DNA of 20,000 bases, from IMG/VR virus record IMGVR_UViG_3300021197_000608; one strand, 5' to 3'. The notes under the pieces were generated by a model. The model was not told the origin of the DNA, did not search any database, and was given only the letters and a program-made list of their open reading frames with translations. The first letter of the stretch is position 1; each line of letters begins with the position of its first letter. The position numbers and the translations under genes are program-made. Source of the DNA: an uncultured virus (IMG/VR IMGVR_UViG_3300021197_000608) (Duplodnaviria > Heunggongvirae > Uroviricota > Caudoviricetes). Positions 8,864 through 17,232 of this stretch are shown one piece after another.

Positions 8864-11800
8864 TTACGTTCCTTCATCATATGTTACTGAGGATGATATA
8901 GCACCACCTTGTGCCTCATCAAATTGTTCAATAACCATATCGAATGTGTAAGGTGTTTCAGTATCAGAAGTTTCAGTAACGAATTTTCCACCTATAGCAT
9001 CTTCAAGTGATATATATCCTCCAACCTCGTTTAACATTGCAAACGCAGTAGAGTCGAATAGTCCAGCAAGCGAACCCACATCGAATAGTCTAGAGGTTGA
9101 ATCGAATGATTCAAATTTTGTTGCAGATGTATCACGAGGGAATATTCTTTCATCGAATGTTGCTGGATCAAATGTAACATTGTTTGCATCAAACTTGACA
9201 CTGTTCTGATCAAATCTATTAACGGTAAAGTCAAACTTCAAGTTACTAGTATCAAATCTATTCGTTCCGAATGCAGTAGCCTCTGAGAACTCTTGTCTGT
9301 TGTCATCGAATGATCTAAACGTATCATCAAATCCATTAATACGAAGTCCTCTAGAAACAAATATCTCGCCTGGAGGTGGTACGTTAGTTTTTGTTCGATA
9401 TGCAGAAAGAGGAATAATGATATTCGTTTCGTCAAATGAATTTGTTTCAATCTGGTACTTATCTTCTTGATCAAATTTTATACTTGTATTAGAAAAATTT
9501 GTTCTTCCAGTAACATCAGACCTTACTGATACTTGATCGACTCTGATATGTCCAAACTGATTTAGTGTGTAGTATGCACCCTCATTATCTGCCCTGATTG
9601 CTCTTGATCTAAATCCATCAGAGCCAGGATAGTGTTGTGCATATGCAACACTGTCGATTGGTGGTTGTGTAAATGCATACTTGGGTAACAAGTCAAGAGT
9701 TGGGCCAAGTGCTTGTGGTGAATTACCAGCAACCCCACCACTGAATTGAACAGATACACTAACAGAAGATGTGAGTGTTAGTTCTCGTGTACCAGATGAT
9801 AGAGGCGCATCCTCTTGTCCTTCTCTAGTAATATCTCTACTAAAGATAATATTGTCACCAGTTTCAAGAAGAACATCATTCCCATCTTCAAGTAAAAGAT
9901 CACCTTCTTCTGCTCGTAGTGTTGTACCATCAGTCTTAGTACCCAACCTTCTACCAAACACTTCAACAAAAAGTGTTCTGAGTGTAGATGCAAGTTCTGG
10001 TGTGAATGTCTGAGTATCACCTGTGAAGTCAATGACATCACCAGCAGATGGATTTCGTATACGCAAAGAATTAAGTTGTGCATCTGCTAAGGATGTTGCA
10101 AATGATACCTCACCAAACACGTTCCACCCAGCTGGGTGAATTGAACGTCTAATAGAGTCACGCCAAAGATTAATTGATTCGCCGATACGAACAACATAAG
10201 AATAATCTTGATAGTAGAAACTATCTTGAACCTTCATAGAGTTTTCGCTTATGTGTCCTCTTTCAGTTACAAACTGTCCACCAGTATTTGCAATTGCAGT
10301 GATAGCAGTTGTAGCCTTTGAATGTTCACATTGTACAACTGTACCAATAGCACCACCAGCAGTTTTAATAATATCACCAGTAAAGAAATGTTCTACTGGT
10401 GTTTCCAATTCCAAAATCCTATTAGTAGGATTAAAAGATACGATAGAGGCAGTATGGGTTGTTAGTGTATCACCAATCGTGAAAGTACCTGTTATATCTT
10501 TAACTATAATATTTCTGTTCATGGTAATCTTTGGAATAGAACTATAGCCCAATCCAAGATTATTAATCTTAATTCCTAATACTTTACCAACACCACTTCT
10601 TGATAGCGCTAAAGAAGATACATTAGAACCTATACTAGAACTTATACTAATAGTTGGTAGTGTTGTATATCCATCACCATTAGATACCATTCGTATTTTA
10701 GAAATAGAGGTAGCTTCAGCTGCAACACTCAAGTCAGTAAAGGTTTGTGTCTCAACGATTATATTATTACCATCTTCTAATATAAGTTGGTCTGTTTCTG
10801 TTAACTGTTGTTCTTGGTGTAAGAAGAACTCTTCTGATTCTTCTCTGAGAAGTTTCTCAATACCCTCACTTCCCTCACGAATAATCCTACCACCATCTTC
10901 AAAGAGTAGGTCATCACCAGCATCTGCTCCAGATGTATTAGACTTATCTAGAAGTAGAGTATAGAACTCCTCAACAATGTGATCACCATCTTCAAATAAA
11001 AGTTTATCAACATGTTCTAAGACAATATCATTGTGATGCGTTTCACCTTCATATACAATGTTGTCTACTTCTGTTTCGTCTTCCAAAACAAAAGAACCAC
11101 CAAGGATTGTAATCCTTGCAGATGCACCAGCACCATTTGTATTTGAATTATTAAAAACAACTTCATCATCATAAGTGTAGTTTACACCACCATTCTCAAT
11201 ATTAATTTCATCAATACCGCCTGCACCTACAGCAGCAACGGCAGCCTGAACTCCGATACTACCTAAGAGTTCAAAGTTAACTTTGTCGCCTGTTTTATAA
11301 TATGCACCTTGTTCTGTTACTGTTGTTTCATTAACAATACCAGAAACTTCTGCACGAATAAGTTGGTCAAGTTCATTAGAAACAGCGTTGACAGTTTCAC
11401 CAATAGTGAACTCACCATTTATTGTTGTCCTATCAAGATTAAGTTCAGCAATAAGTTGTGCGCCTTCTTTATACTTAATAACTGTTTGGACAACAGCAGT
11501 AGCTTCAGATGTCTCACCTGTTATAACTCTACCAACAATCTGTGAGTAATCAGATGTACCAATCTCTGTAACACGCATAAGAAAATCATCAGACCACTGA
11601 CCATCAGATATCCTTAAAACATTTTCTCTTGGGTAAATGAGAGAGGACTCTTCATCAAAGAGAATTCTAAAAAATAGTTTGTGTCCTTCTTCTGTACCTT
11701 TTGTCTCATACAAGTCTCTGATGTTCTTCATCAGATTTCTTTTTGATATCCCATCTGCAACTGTCTCTGGAATAGATTCCATAATAGCTGCTTTGAACTT

Positions 11801-12295
11801 ATCTAAGAATGCATAAACAGTATTGTCAGTATCAGCATACGCAAGAAGTTGTTGAATGTTTTGTACTGGATTTGCTTTGTATGAAACAACTGGAGCCTTT
11901 GCACCAGAGGTTTCTCCGACAACATTCTCTCCCTCTTCAAATCTTTGTTGGGATGTAATGTAAAGAACTTGGTCTGAATCATAATCGTCTACAAGAATAG
12001 TGGCAGTATAACCACTAGTCTCACCACGAATTATTTCACCAGCCTGAAACTTACCAACGGACTCTTCAAGAACAACTTTCTCTTCTATCTGAGAAAGAAT
12101 ATAGTTTACACTATTTGTTTCTTGAATAACATAATCGTTTGAACCACCCAATTTAAGTTGAGCGGCTTCCATGAACTGAAAATAATGTTTCAGAAATTTG
12201 ATAAATTGTGGGTGTTCTGACTGAACGAATTCAGGCAGTTGACTTTGAATATGAGGTGAAATCTTATTCGTTAGTTTTGGAGTACGTCCATCCAT
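8864..12295 (-). CDS. gp7: Baseplate wedge initiator, gp7-like (1143 aa)
   Basis: Follows gp6. Motifs 'I.SQLPEFV...HP.F..FL..YF..ME', 'KNIRDLYETKGTEE...LFFRILF', and 'QDSFYYQDYSYVV...W......IHPAGW.VFGE' are as in gp7-like wedge proteins of marine T4-like phages. Confidence 0.8.
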   Translation of the reverse strand: MDGRTPKLTNKISPHIQSQLPEFVQSEHPQFIKFLKHYFQFMEAAQLKLGGSNDYVIQETNSVNYILSQIEEKVVLEESVGKFQAGEIIRGETSGYTATILVDDYDSDQVLYITSQQRFEEGENVVGETSGAKAPVVSYKANPVQNIQQLLAYADTDNTVYAFLDKFKAAIMESIPETVADGISKRNLMKNIRDLYETKGTEEGHKLFFRILFDEESSLIYPRENVLRISDGQWSDDFLMRVTEIGTSDYSQIVGRVITGETSEATAVVQTVIKYKEGAQLIAELNLDRTTINGEFTIGETVNAVSNELDQLIRAEVSGIVNETTVTEQGAYYKTGDKVNFELLGSIGVQAAVAAVGAGGIDEINIENGGVNYTYDDEVVFNNSNTNGAGASARITILGGSFVLEDETEVDNIVYEGETHHNDIVLEHVDKLLFEDGDHIVEEFYTLLLDKSNTSGADAGDDLLFEDGGRIIREGSEGIEKLLREESEEFFLHQEQQLTETDQLILEDGNNIIVETQTFTDLSVAAEATSISKIRMVSNGDGYTTLPTISISSSIGSNVSSLALSRSGVGKVLGIKINNLGLGYSSIPKITMNRNIIVKDITGTFTIGDTLTTHTASIVSFNPTNRILELETPVEHFFTGDIIKTAGGAIGTVVQCEHSKATTAITAIANTGGQFVTERGHISENSMKVQDSFYYQDYSYVVRIGESINLWRDSIRRSIHPAGWNVFGEVSFATSLADAQLNSLRIRNPSAGDVIDFTGDTQTFTPELASTLRTLFVEVFGRRLGTKTDGTTLRAEEGDLLLEDGNDVLLETGDNIIFSRDITREGQEDAPLSSGTRELTLTSSVSVSVQFSGGVAGNSPQALGPTLDLLPKYAFTQPPIDSVAYAQHYPGSDGFRSRAIRADNEGAYYTLNQFGHIRVDQVSVRSDVTGRTNFSNTSIKFDQEDKYQIETNSFDETNIIIPLSAYRTKTNVPPPGEIFVSRGLRINGFDDTFRSFDDNRQEFSEATAFGTNRFDTSNLKFDFTVNRFDQNSVKFDANNVTFDPATFDERIFPRDTSATKFESFDSTSRLFDVGSLAGLFDSTAFAMLNEVGGYISLEDAIGGKFVTETSDTETPYTFDMVIEQFDEAQGGAISSSVTYDEGT

Positions 12296-12308
12296 TTAAA
12301 AAAACCTA

Positions 12309-14258
12309 TCAATAACCAGAGGAGCTGGAAGAGTGACTATGAGAACCAGAACTTGAGGAACTTGAACTTGAAGAAGAAGAACTTGAAGTTGAAGAGATTG
12401 TTGTTCCACCACTTGCAGCACCACTTGTAGCTTTACCGAATGTACCAACCACAGTATGAGAACCAGGCGAAGGAGTACTTCCCTGTTGATCTGTCTGTGC
12501 AGTAATTCTTGAACCACCACTATCAATACTTAAAAGTTGGTTTCTTACTGGAACGATATCATTTGAATCTGGAATTGCAAAGAAGTGAATTGTACCATCA
12601 CCATTCATAGTAGATGTGATCTGTAAATCATTTACAGTAATTGTACCTGTAGTATAATTGATATCACCAGCGTTTGCATTTACATAAACTCTTGATTGTG
12701 CGACTACCTGATAAACTCTTACGATACCAGAACCATCATCATCAATGAAATGTGTTGCAGTAGAACCAGCGACAGTAAATCCTGTTGATGATATTACTGG
12801 TGGTTCATCATCATGTGGATGATAGATTGAATTATAAAATTTTATAACATATTGTTTCTTAGTATTAATCTGAGCTCTTTGTGATTTGTACATTCTAATA
12901 TTAGAAATGTTGCTAATGATAGAAGTGTCGGATGTGTCAATCAATCTAGATATTTCTGAGAAACGATACATACCGTCAAACTTTTCTAGATTATTATCAC
13001 TGTATTCTGAAATTGTATTTGCAACTATTGTTTCTAAGTCACCAGAACTCTTAGTAGTTGTTGTCGGATCATATCTAAAGTTTACATCCATGATGACGTA
13101 AATGTTTTCTGGATCAACAATAACTGGACGAACCGAAGCAATGTTATAAGATTTTAATTGAGAGACAATATTTTCTTTTTGAGCTTCAGTTAAGAATGTT
13201 CCTTGAAGTGGACTAATAGAAATATAAACCTGTCCGTAAACTGGAGGATCATTATCTTCTCCACCCCACACTTGGATAGTTTTAATGTTGGGATATATTG
13301 TAGGAAGAATTTGTTTATAATCAAATCCAGTGACAGCACGTTTCTGTGCAGTATAACTGAGAGGTGCATAGTACTTGATTGATTGAATTGTTTCTGCTTC
13401 ATCACCACCAGATGCAGATTGAATAGTAGACACCGCAACATTTGTTTGTCCATTGATAGATGTTACAGTAAATTGATTTGCACTATTAGCTAATGTTTTA
13501 TTTGTAACAACGTATTCCATAATAATAATGTTACCATCAGAAAGTTTCTTACCAATTACATCATCCCCAAAGTAAACTTCAAATCTACCGTCATCTGTTT
13601 CTTGTAGAAAGTATACTGGATCAGAACCAGTTGTGCCTATGATTTCACTTGCAAGTGCAAATGTTTCTAATGTAGTATCTGTGGCAGATTTCTGTACTGA
13701 CACTTTAAGTGTTGTCGTATCAGCTCTATCATTCGCCAATAAATATTTCTTTTCTGGATTGTTATAATCTACTGTGTACTTTGTTGTTGTGAGTGTACCT
13801 TCATAGATTGGAATGTTTGAAAAGATAAGAAGTCCGTTTGTAATTTGTGTTGTGATATCTTCATTAGTAACAAAACCATAAGTCGAGTTGTTTACTGAAG
13901 TTGAAAACTTTGTACCTTTAGGCATTGTCAAGTTTGACAACTGATTATTAGTTACAGTAATCTCTACTCTTGCAACTGGAGCTCTTGCAGAACGTGGAGT
14001 ATATCCCAAACTCTTTGCGTGTGATACAACTGAACCACGAGTTGTTGCACTATCCAAAAACATTTCATTTGTTGCGAAGTTAGCATTCATTGCAAGATAG
14101 TGAGTATTGTATGCAAGTAAGTCGATGATAGTTGAAAGTCCAGAACCTTCAAAGTTATAATCAGAAAAGTCTGATTGACCTTTCATGTATGTTTTTAAAT
14201 TATTTTTTATTGCATCGAAATCTAATTCGGTAACATTAACTTCTGATTTACTTGACAT
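12309..14258 (-). CDS. gp6: Baseplate wedge subunit gp6 (649 aa)
   Basis: LDFDAIKNNLKTY...FSDYNFEGSGLS...LLAYNTHY...NEMFLDSA..RGSVVSHAKSLGYTPRS, FEVYFGDDVIGK, and Q.RAVT..DY motifs. Confidence 0.95.
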   Translation of the reverse strand: MSSKSEVNVTELDFDAIKNNLKTYMKGQSDFSDYNFEGSGLSTIIDLLAYNTHYLAMNANFATNEMFLDSATTRGSVVSHAKSLGYTPRSARAPVARVEITVTNNQLSNLTMPKGTKFSTSVNNSTYGFVTNEDITTQITNGLLIFSNIPIYEGTLTTTKYTVDYNNPEKKYLLANDRADTTTLKVSVQKSATDTTLETFALASEIIGTTGSDPVYFLQETDDGRFEVYFGDDVIGKKLSDGNIIIMEYVVTNKTLANSANQFTVTSINGQTNVAVSTIQSASGGDEAETIQSIKYYAPLSYTAQKRAVTGFDYKQILPTIYPNIKTIQVWGGEDNDPPVYGQVYISISPLQGTFLTEAQKENIVSQLKSYNIASVRPVIVDPENIYVIMDVNFRYDPTTTTKSSGDLETIVANTISEYSDNNLEKFDGMYRFSEISRLIDTSDTSIISNISNIRMYKSQRAQINTKKQYVIKFYNSIYHPHDDEPPVISSTGFTVAGSTATHFIDDDGSGIVRVYQVVAQSRVYVNANAGDINYTTGTITVNDLQITSTMNGDGTIHFFAIPDSNDIVPVRNQLLSIDSGGSRITAQTDQQGSTPSPGSHTVVGTFGKATSGAASGGTTISSTSSSSSSSSSSSSSGSHSHSSSSSGY

Positions 14259-14702
14259 TTATCTAAGTCTCTCTAAAAATACGTTTATCGTCTGAGCACC
14301 AGATGGAGAGTTTACAACAAAGAATTCTATAGTTACATTGTAAGCATTTTTATCCACATCTGCATTTGATGATACGTTGATAAGTTCTACTCTAGGCTCA
14401 AAGTTTGTAATAACATCTTGAACATGTCGTGAAAGAACACTCTCTACAATTGGTGTTACTGGTTCAAATAAAACTGCACGAACATCAGAACCAATCTCTG
14501 GGTGAAATGGCCTCTCATAGAAATTCGTATTAATTAAATTACGAACACTTCTCTTCACTGCTTCAACATTAGTGAGCTTAGTTATATCACCAGTAAGAGG
14601 GTGAGCAACAAAATTTAAATTCAAGTCAGAGAAGACTTGTGCGTTTCTATCTGAATCGTTTGTTGCAGACGCATCTCTAAATGCAGTTGGATTAGCAGCC
14701 AT
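14259..14702 (-). CDS. gp25: Baseplate protein gp25 (147 aa)
   Basis: FSDLNLNF..HP.TGDI.KL.N.EAVKRSVRNL..TN.YERPF.P.IGS...FEPRV motifs. GGAG Shine-Dalgarno and a late promoter lie upstream. Confidence 0.95.
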   Translation of the reverse strand: MAANPTAFRDASATNDSDRNAQVFSDLNLNFVAHPLTGDITKLTNVEAVKRSVRNLINTNFYERPFHPEIGSDVRAVLFEPVTPIVESVLSRHVQDVITNFEPRVELINVSSNADVDKNAYNVTIEFFVVNSPSGAQTINVFLERLR

Positions 14703-14719
14703 TTAATTCTCCTTAATTG

Positions 14720-14727
14720 TATTTATA
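14720..14727 (-). promoter_or_regulatory. T4-type late promoter TATAAATA
   Basis: Exact match 17 nt upstream of the gp25 ATG. Confidence 0.82.
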
Positions 14728-14733
14728 ACGAAA

Positions 14734-15135
14734 TTACAAAACGACTAGAGCTCTATTCTTTATATGTTCTTCTTCTATGTCATCTTTTGACTGTCCATGA
14801 TATGCAACAGCATGATGTTCTGATATCATCTTATCATTAAGAATACTTCCATCAGTCAATTTAAATTGACCGAGTATCCTACCATATTTACCCTTCCCAT
14901 CCTTGACAGTCACAAGAGTCTGGTTAGAACCTACAGGCATATGTGCCTTAACATATTCCTTTGCAGCTGTTCCATACTTCTTTTCTTCCAAGTCTCTCGT
15001 TCTAGATTCTGGTGTATCAATACCATAAAAACGTATACGTTGTTTTCTCAACCATACACCAAACCCCAAGTCAATGTCAACATCTGTTGTGTCACCATCA
15101 ACCACTCTTAATATCTTACAATTATATTCGTACAT
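14734..15135 (-). CDS. Staphylococcal nuclease (thermonuclease)-like protein (133 aa)
   Basis: MYEYNCKILRVVDGDT...RIRFYGIDTPE...GKYGRILG carries the SNase DGDT, GIDTPE and YGR motifs. The real start is likely 15135 (GGAGG just upstream, 1 nt after the PAAR stop), not 15216. Confidence 0.85.
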   Translation of the reverse strand: MYEYNCKILRVVDGDTTDVDIDLGFGVWLRKQRIRFYGIDTPESRTRDLEEKKYGTAAKEYVKAHMPVGSNQTLVTVKDGKGKYGRILGQFKLTDGSILNDKMISEHHAVAYHGQSKDDIEEEHIKNRALVVL

Positions 15136-15136
15136 C

Positions 15137-15433
15137 TTATCCTCCAGCGAATACGTTAGACGAACCAGAGTTGGATGCATTAGGCACCCATGAACCGTGG
15201 CCACCTGTTGCGTCACCTTTTCGATGAACGCCTATACCATTTACAAATACGGTTGAACTTCCAGCTGTTGCTGGATCTCCGCATGATGTTGTGTCTCCAA
15301 TCCTAACAGTCGCTGCACCATTTGTAAATACATTTGGTGAACCAGCTGCGTATGCGGTTTGGTGAAATGGATTAGGTGTAGGACTTGCGTGTCCTACATG
15401 ATTATCTAATCCAACTCTTGTTACTTCAGGCAT
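15137..15433 (-). CDS. gp5.4: PAAR-repeat spike tip protein, T4 gp5.4-like (98 aa)
   Basis: Three R.GD-type repeats (TRVGLD, VRIGD, HRKGD), GSPNVFTNG/GSSTVFVNG/GSSNVF, His/Cys metal ligands; directly downstream of gp5. Confidence 0.93.
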   Translation of the reverse strand: MPEVTRVGLDNHVGHASPTPNPFHQTAYAAGSPNVFTNGAATVRIGDTTSCGDPATAGSSTVFVNGIGVHRKGDATGGHGSWVPNASNSGSSNVFAGG

Positions 15434-15441
15434 AATTATTC

Positions 15442-17232
15442 CTATGCGTATATCTGATAGAACTTACCGTACTCTTTATATCTTCTATGATTATAAAAAG
15501 TTGCAATATCAAATCTATTACCAGACGGTTTAAGTGAAATGTGTAACCAAGGATTACCAGAACCACCAGTTTGATATTCTAGTAAGAATTGATCGTGTGG
15601 TACATTTTCACGAACCCACAATGCAATATCATAATACTCTGATCTTGATGCGCCACTAAATTGCATATCAGCAGCCATTCCTCTTTCATGCTGAGATGAA
15701 CCTTTTGCTGGGCGGAAACCAGAAGTGATAAACATATTTGGGTATTGGTCTTTTATTGGATCAAGAACATTAGTTGCCAAGTTCTTGAGATTATTTATTA
15801 TATCCTCTAGAGTTAAACCGTGTTGTTCTTTTATCTTATGTCCGAACACCGCATTCTTTGATACGTCACCCACCTTATAATGTTTTGATATCTGTAGACT
15901 ATAATCAACAGTCTGTTCCGTAAGTGTAACCTGATCAACAGCTCCTACTGATTGATTACCAGCCTCTACAGATGCTATGTTTGGATTTTCTCCTGTTTCT
16001 GCACCGTGTTCTGTAATGTCATCTGGAACATTTGGTTCTGCAATTAATCTTCTTGACGCACTTTCTGTATTATATCTACCCTCAAGCGCATTGAAAGAAT
16101 AATCAGAGAATGATGTCGGTAGATATTTTCCAGCAGCAACCGCAGCTTTGATTTCATCTTCACTCTTCTCAACATCATCGTCACCCATGAACTCACCTTC
16201 ATCTGGCAATTCTATTCTTGCTTTCTCATCAAGGACTATTGCCTCTGGTGGTTCAGTAATATCTTCACCTTCTTCATATGTTGGAAACCCACGAGAGTCT
16301 TTGAACTCAATGTCTGGAGCAGCTATCACCGCAGCTGCAGCTCTGCCCGCTTTGTTAAAGTCTATGGTAGAACCAACCAAGTCCATTGCACTAGTAGATG
16401 TAATGTTCATTGTAGTACCAGCATTGATATCCATAATTGTAGAAGTGATAAGATTAATATCATCACCAAACATATAGACACCATGTCCATCACCAACAAT
16501 ATCCAAGTTTCCTTTAATGTTTGTTTTGTAATCCCCATCCACATTGATAGTAAAGTTTGCCTGTGTCTGTAGTTTTATATCTGCAACAGCTGTTGCGGTA
16601 ATGTTTTGTTGTGAAGTAATCTCTGTAGACTCATTTGAATACATACGAATATTTTTGCCCGCATGGAACGTAATGTTTCTTCCGACATTCCAAGTCATGT
16701 CCTCATCTACTTGTCCATTGACAGAACCACGAACATAAAGATTAGTATTGCCGTCAACATATAAATCTACATTACCACGAACACGAACCTTTTTGTTCTT
16801 GTGAACGACTTCATAGTCCTCACCAATAATCTTAGTAACCTTTGTTCCGTCAGGATGAACTTCATAGAACGTACCAGAACGATGATACTCATGTATCCGT
16901 TCATGGCCAGGCGTATCATCAAACTCTTGAATGTGACCAGACTCAGTTTCCCTTACATGGTTGAATGGATACTGTGCATTGAATGGAGTCTTTGGCTCAC
17001 CTGTCAAATCATCCACACGTTTCTTTTTGAAATCTACTACTGGATGTTGTTTAGCTAAATCATTTACCGCAAGTCTGTTTGTGTCTACCTCATTTACCCT
17101 ACGAGGATAATAAGAGCGAGGATCACCAAACCCATTAAGAGTCTGTTGCGTTGAAACTGTTACTTCAACTTCCGTACCTTCTCTTGGTGGTTCATCGAAT
17201 ATGATTTTGTTATCTTCAATTTTATATGACAT
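15442..17232 (-). CDS. gp5: gp5 C-terminal part: beta-helix needle plus C-terminal M15A-type (Peptidase_M15_3) zinc peptidase (596 aa)
   Basis: GFGDP..YYPRR...DTN.L linker, YPFNHVRETESGHIQEFDDTPGHER..H.SGTFYEVHPDG, 8-residue V.G(N/D) repeats ending in GSTIDFN (T4 gp5 ends GSRIDIG), then a ~303-aa extension with ITSGFR...SQHERGMAAD...WLHIS. GAGGT Shine-Dalgarno 6 nt before the ATG. Confidence 0.9.
   Translation of the reverse strand: MSYKIEDNKIIFDEPPREGTEVEVTVSTQQTLNGFGDPRSYYPRRVNEVDTNRLAVNDLAKQHPVVDFKKKRVDDLTGEPKTPFNAQYPFNHVRETESGHIQEFDDTPGHERIHEYHRSGTFYEVHPDGTKVTKIIGEDYEVVHKNKKVRVRGNVDLYVDGNTNLYVRGSVNGQVDEDMTWNVGRNITFHAGKNIRMYSNESTEITSQQNITATAVADIKLQTQANFTINVDGDYKTNIKGNLDIVGDGHGVYMFGDDINLITSTIMDINAGTTMNITSTSAMDLVGSTIDFNKAGRAAAAVIAAPDIEFKDSRGFPTYEEGEDITEPPEAIVLDEKARIELPDEGEFMGDDDVEKSEDEIKAAVAAGKYLPTSFSDYSFNALEGRYNTESASRRLIAEPNVPDDITEHGAETGENPNIASVEAGNQSVGAVDQVTLTEQTVDYSLQISKHYKVGDVSKNAVFGHKIKEQHGLTLEDIINNLKNLATNVLDPIKDQYPNMFITSGFRPAKGSSQHERGMAADMQFSGASRSEYYDIALWVRENVPHDQFLLEYQTGGSGNPWLHISLKPSGNRFDIATFYNHRRYKEYGKFYQIYA

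Noticed and set aside
12320..12400. GAA/GAACTT-rich stretch as a CRISPR array or DNA repeat element
   Set aside because: It is the poly-Ser coding tail of gp6. No repeat-spacer array was seen anywhere in the window.
15136..15216. Extended N-terminus of the nuclease in the ORF track
   Set aside because: It overlaps PAAR; the ATG at 15135 has a GGAGG Shine-Dalgarno and a family-typical MYEY start.
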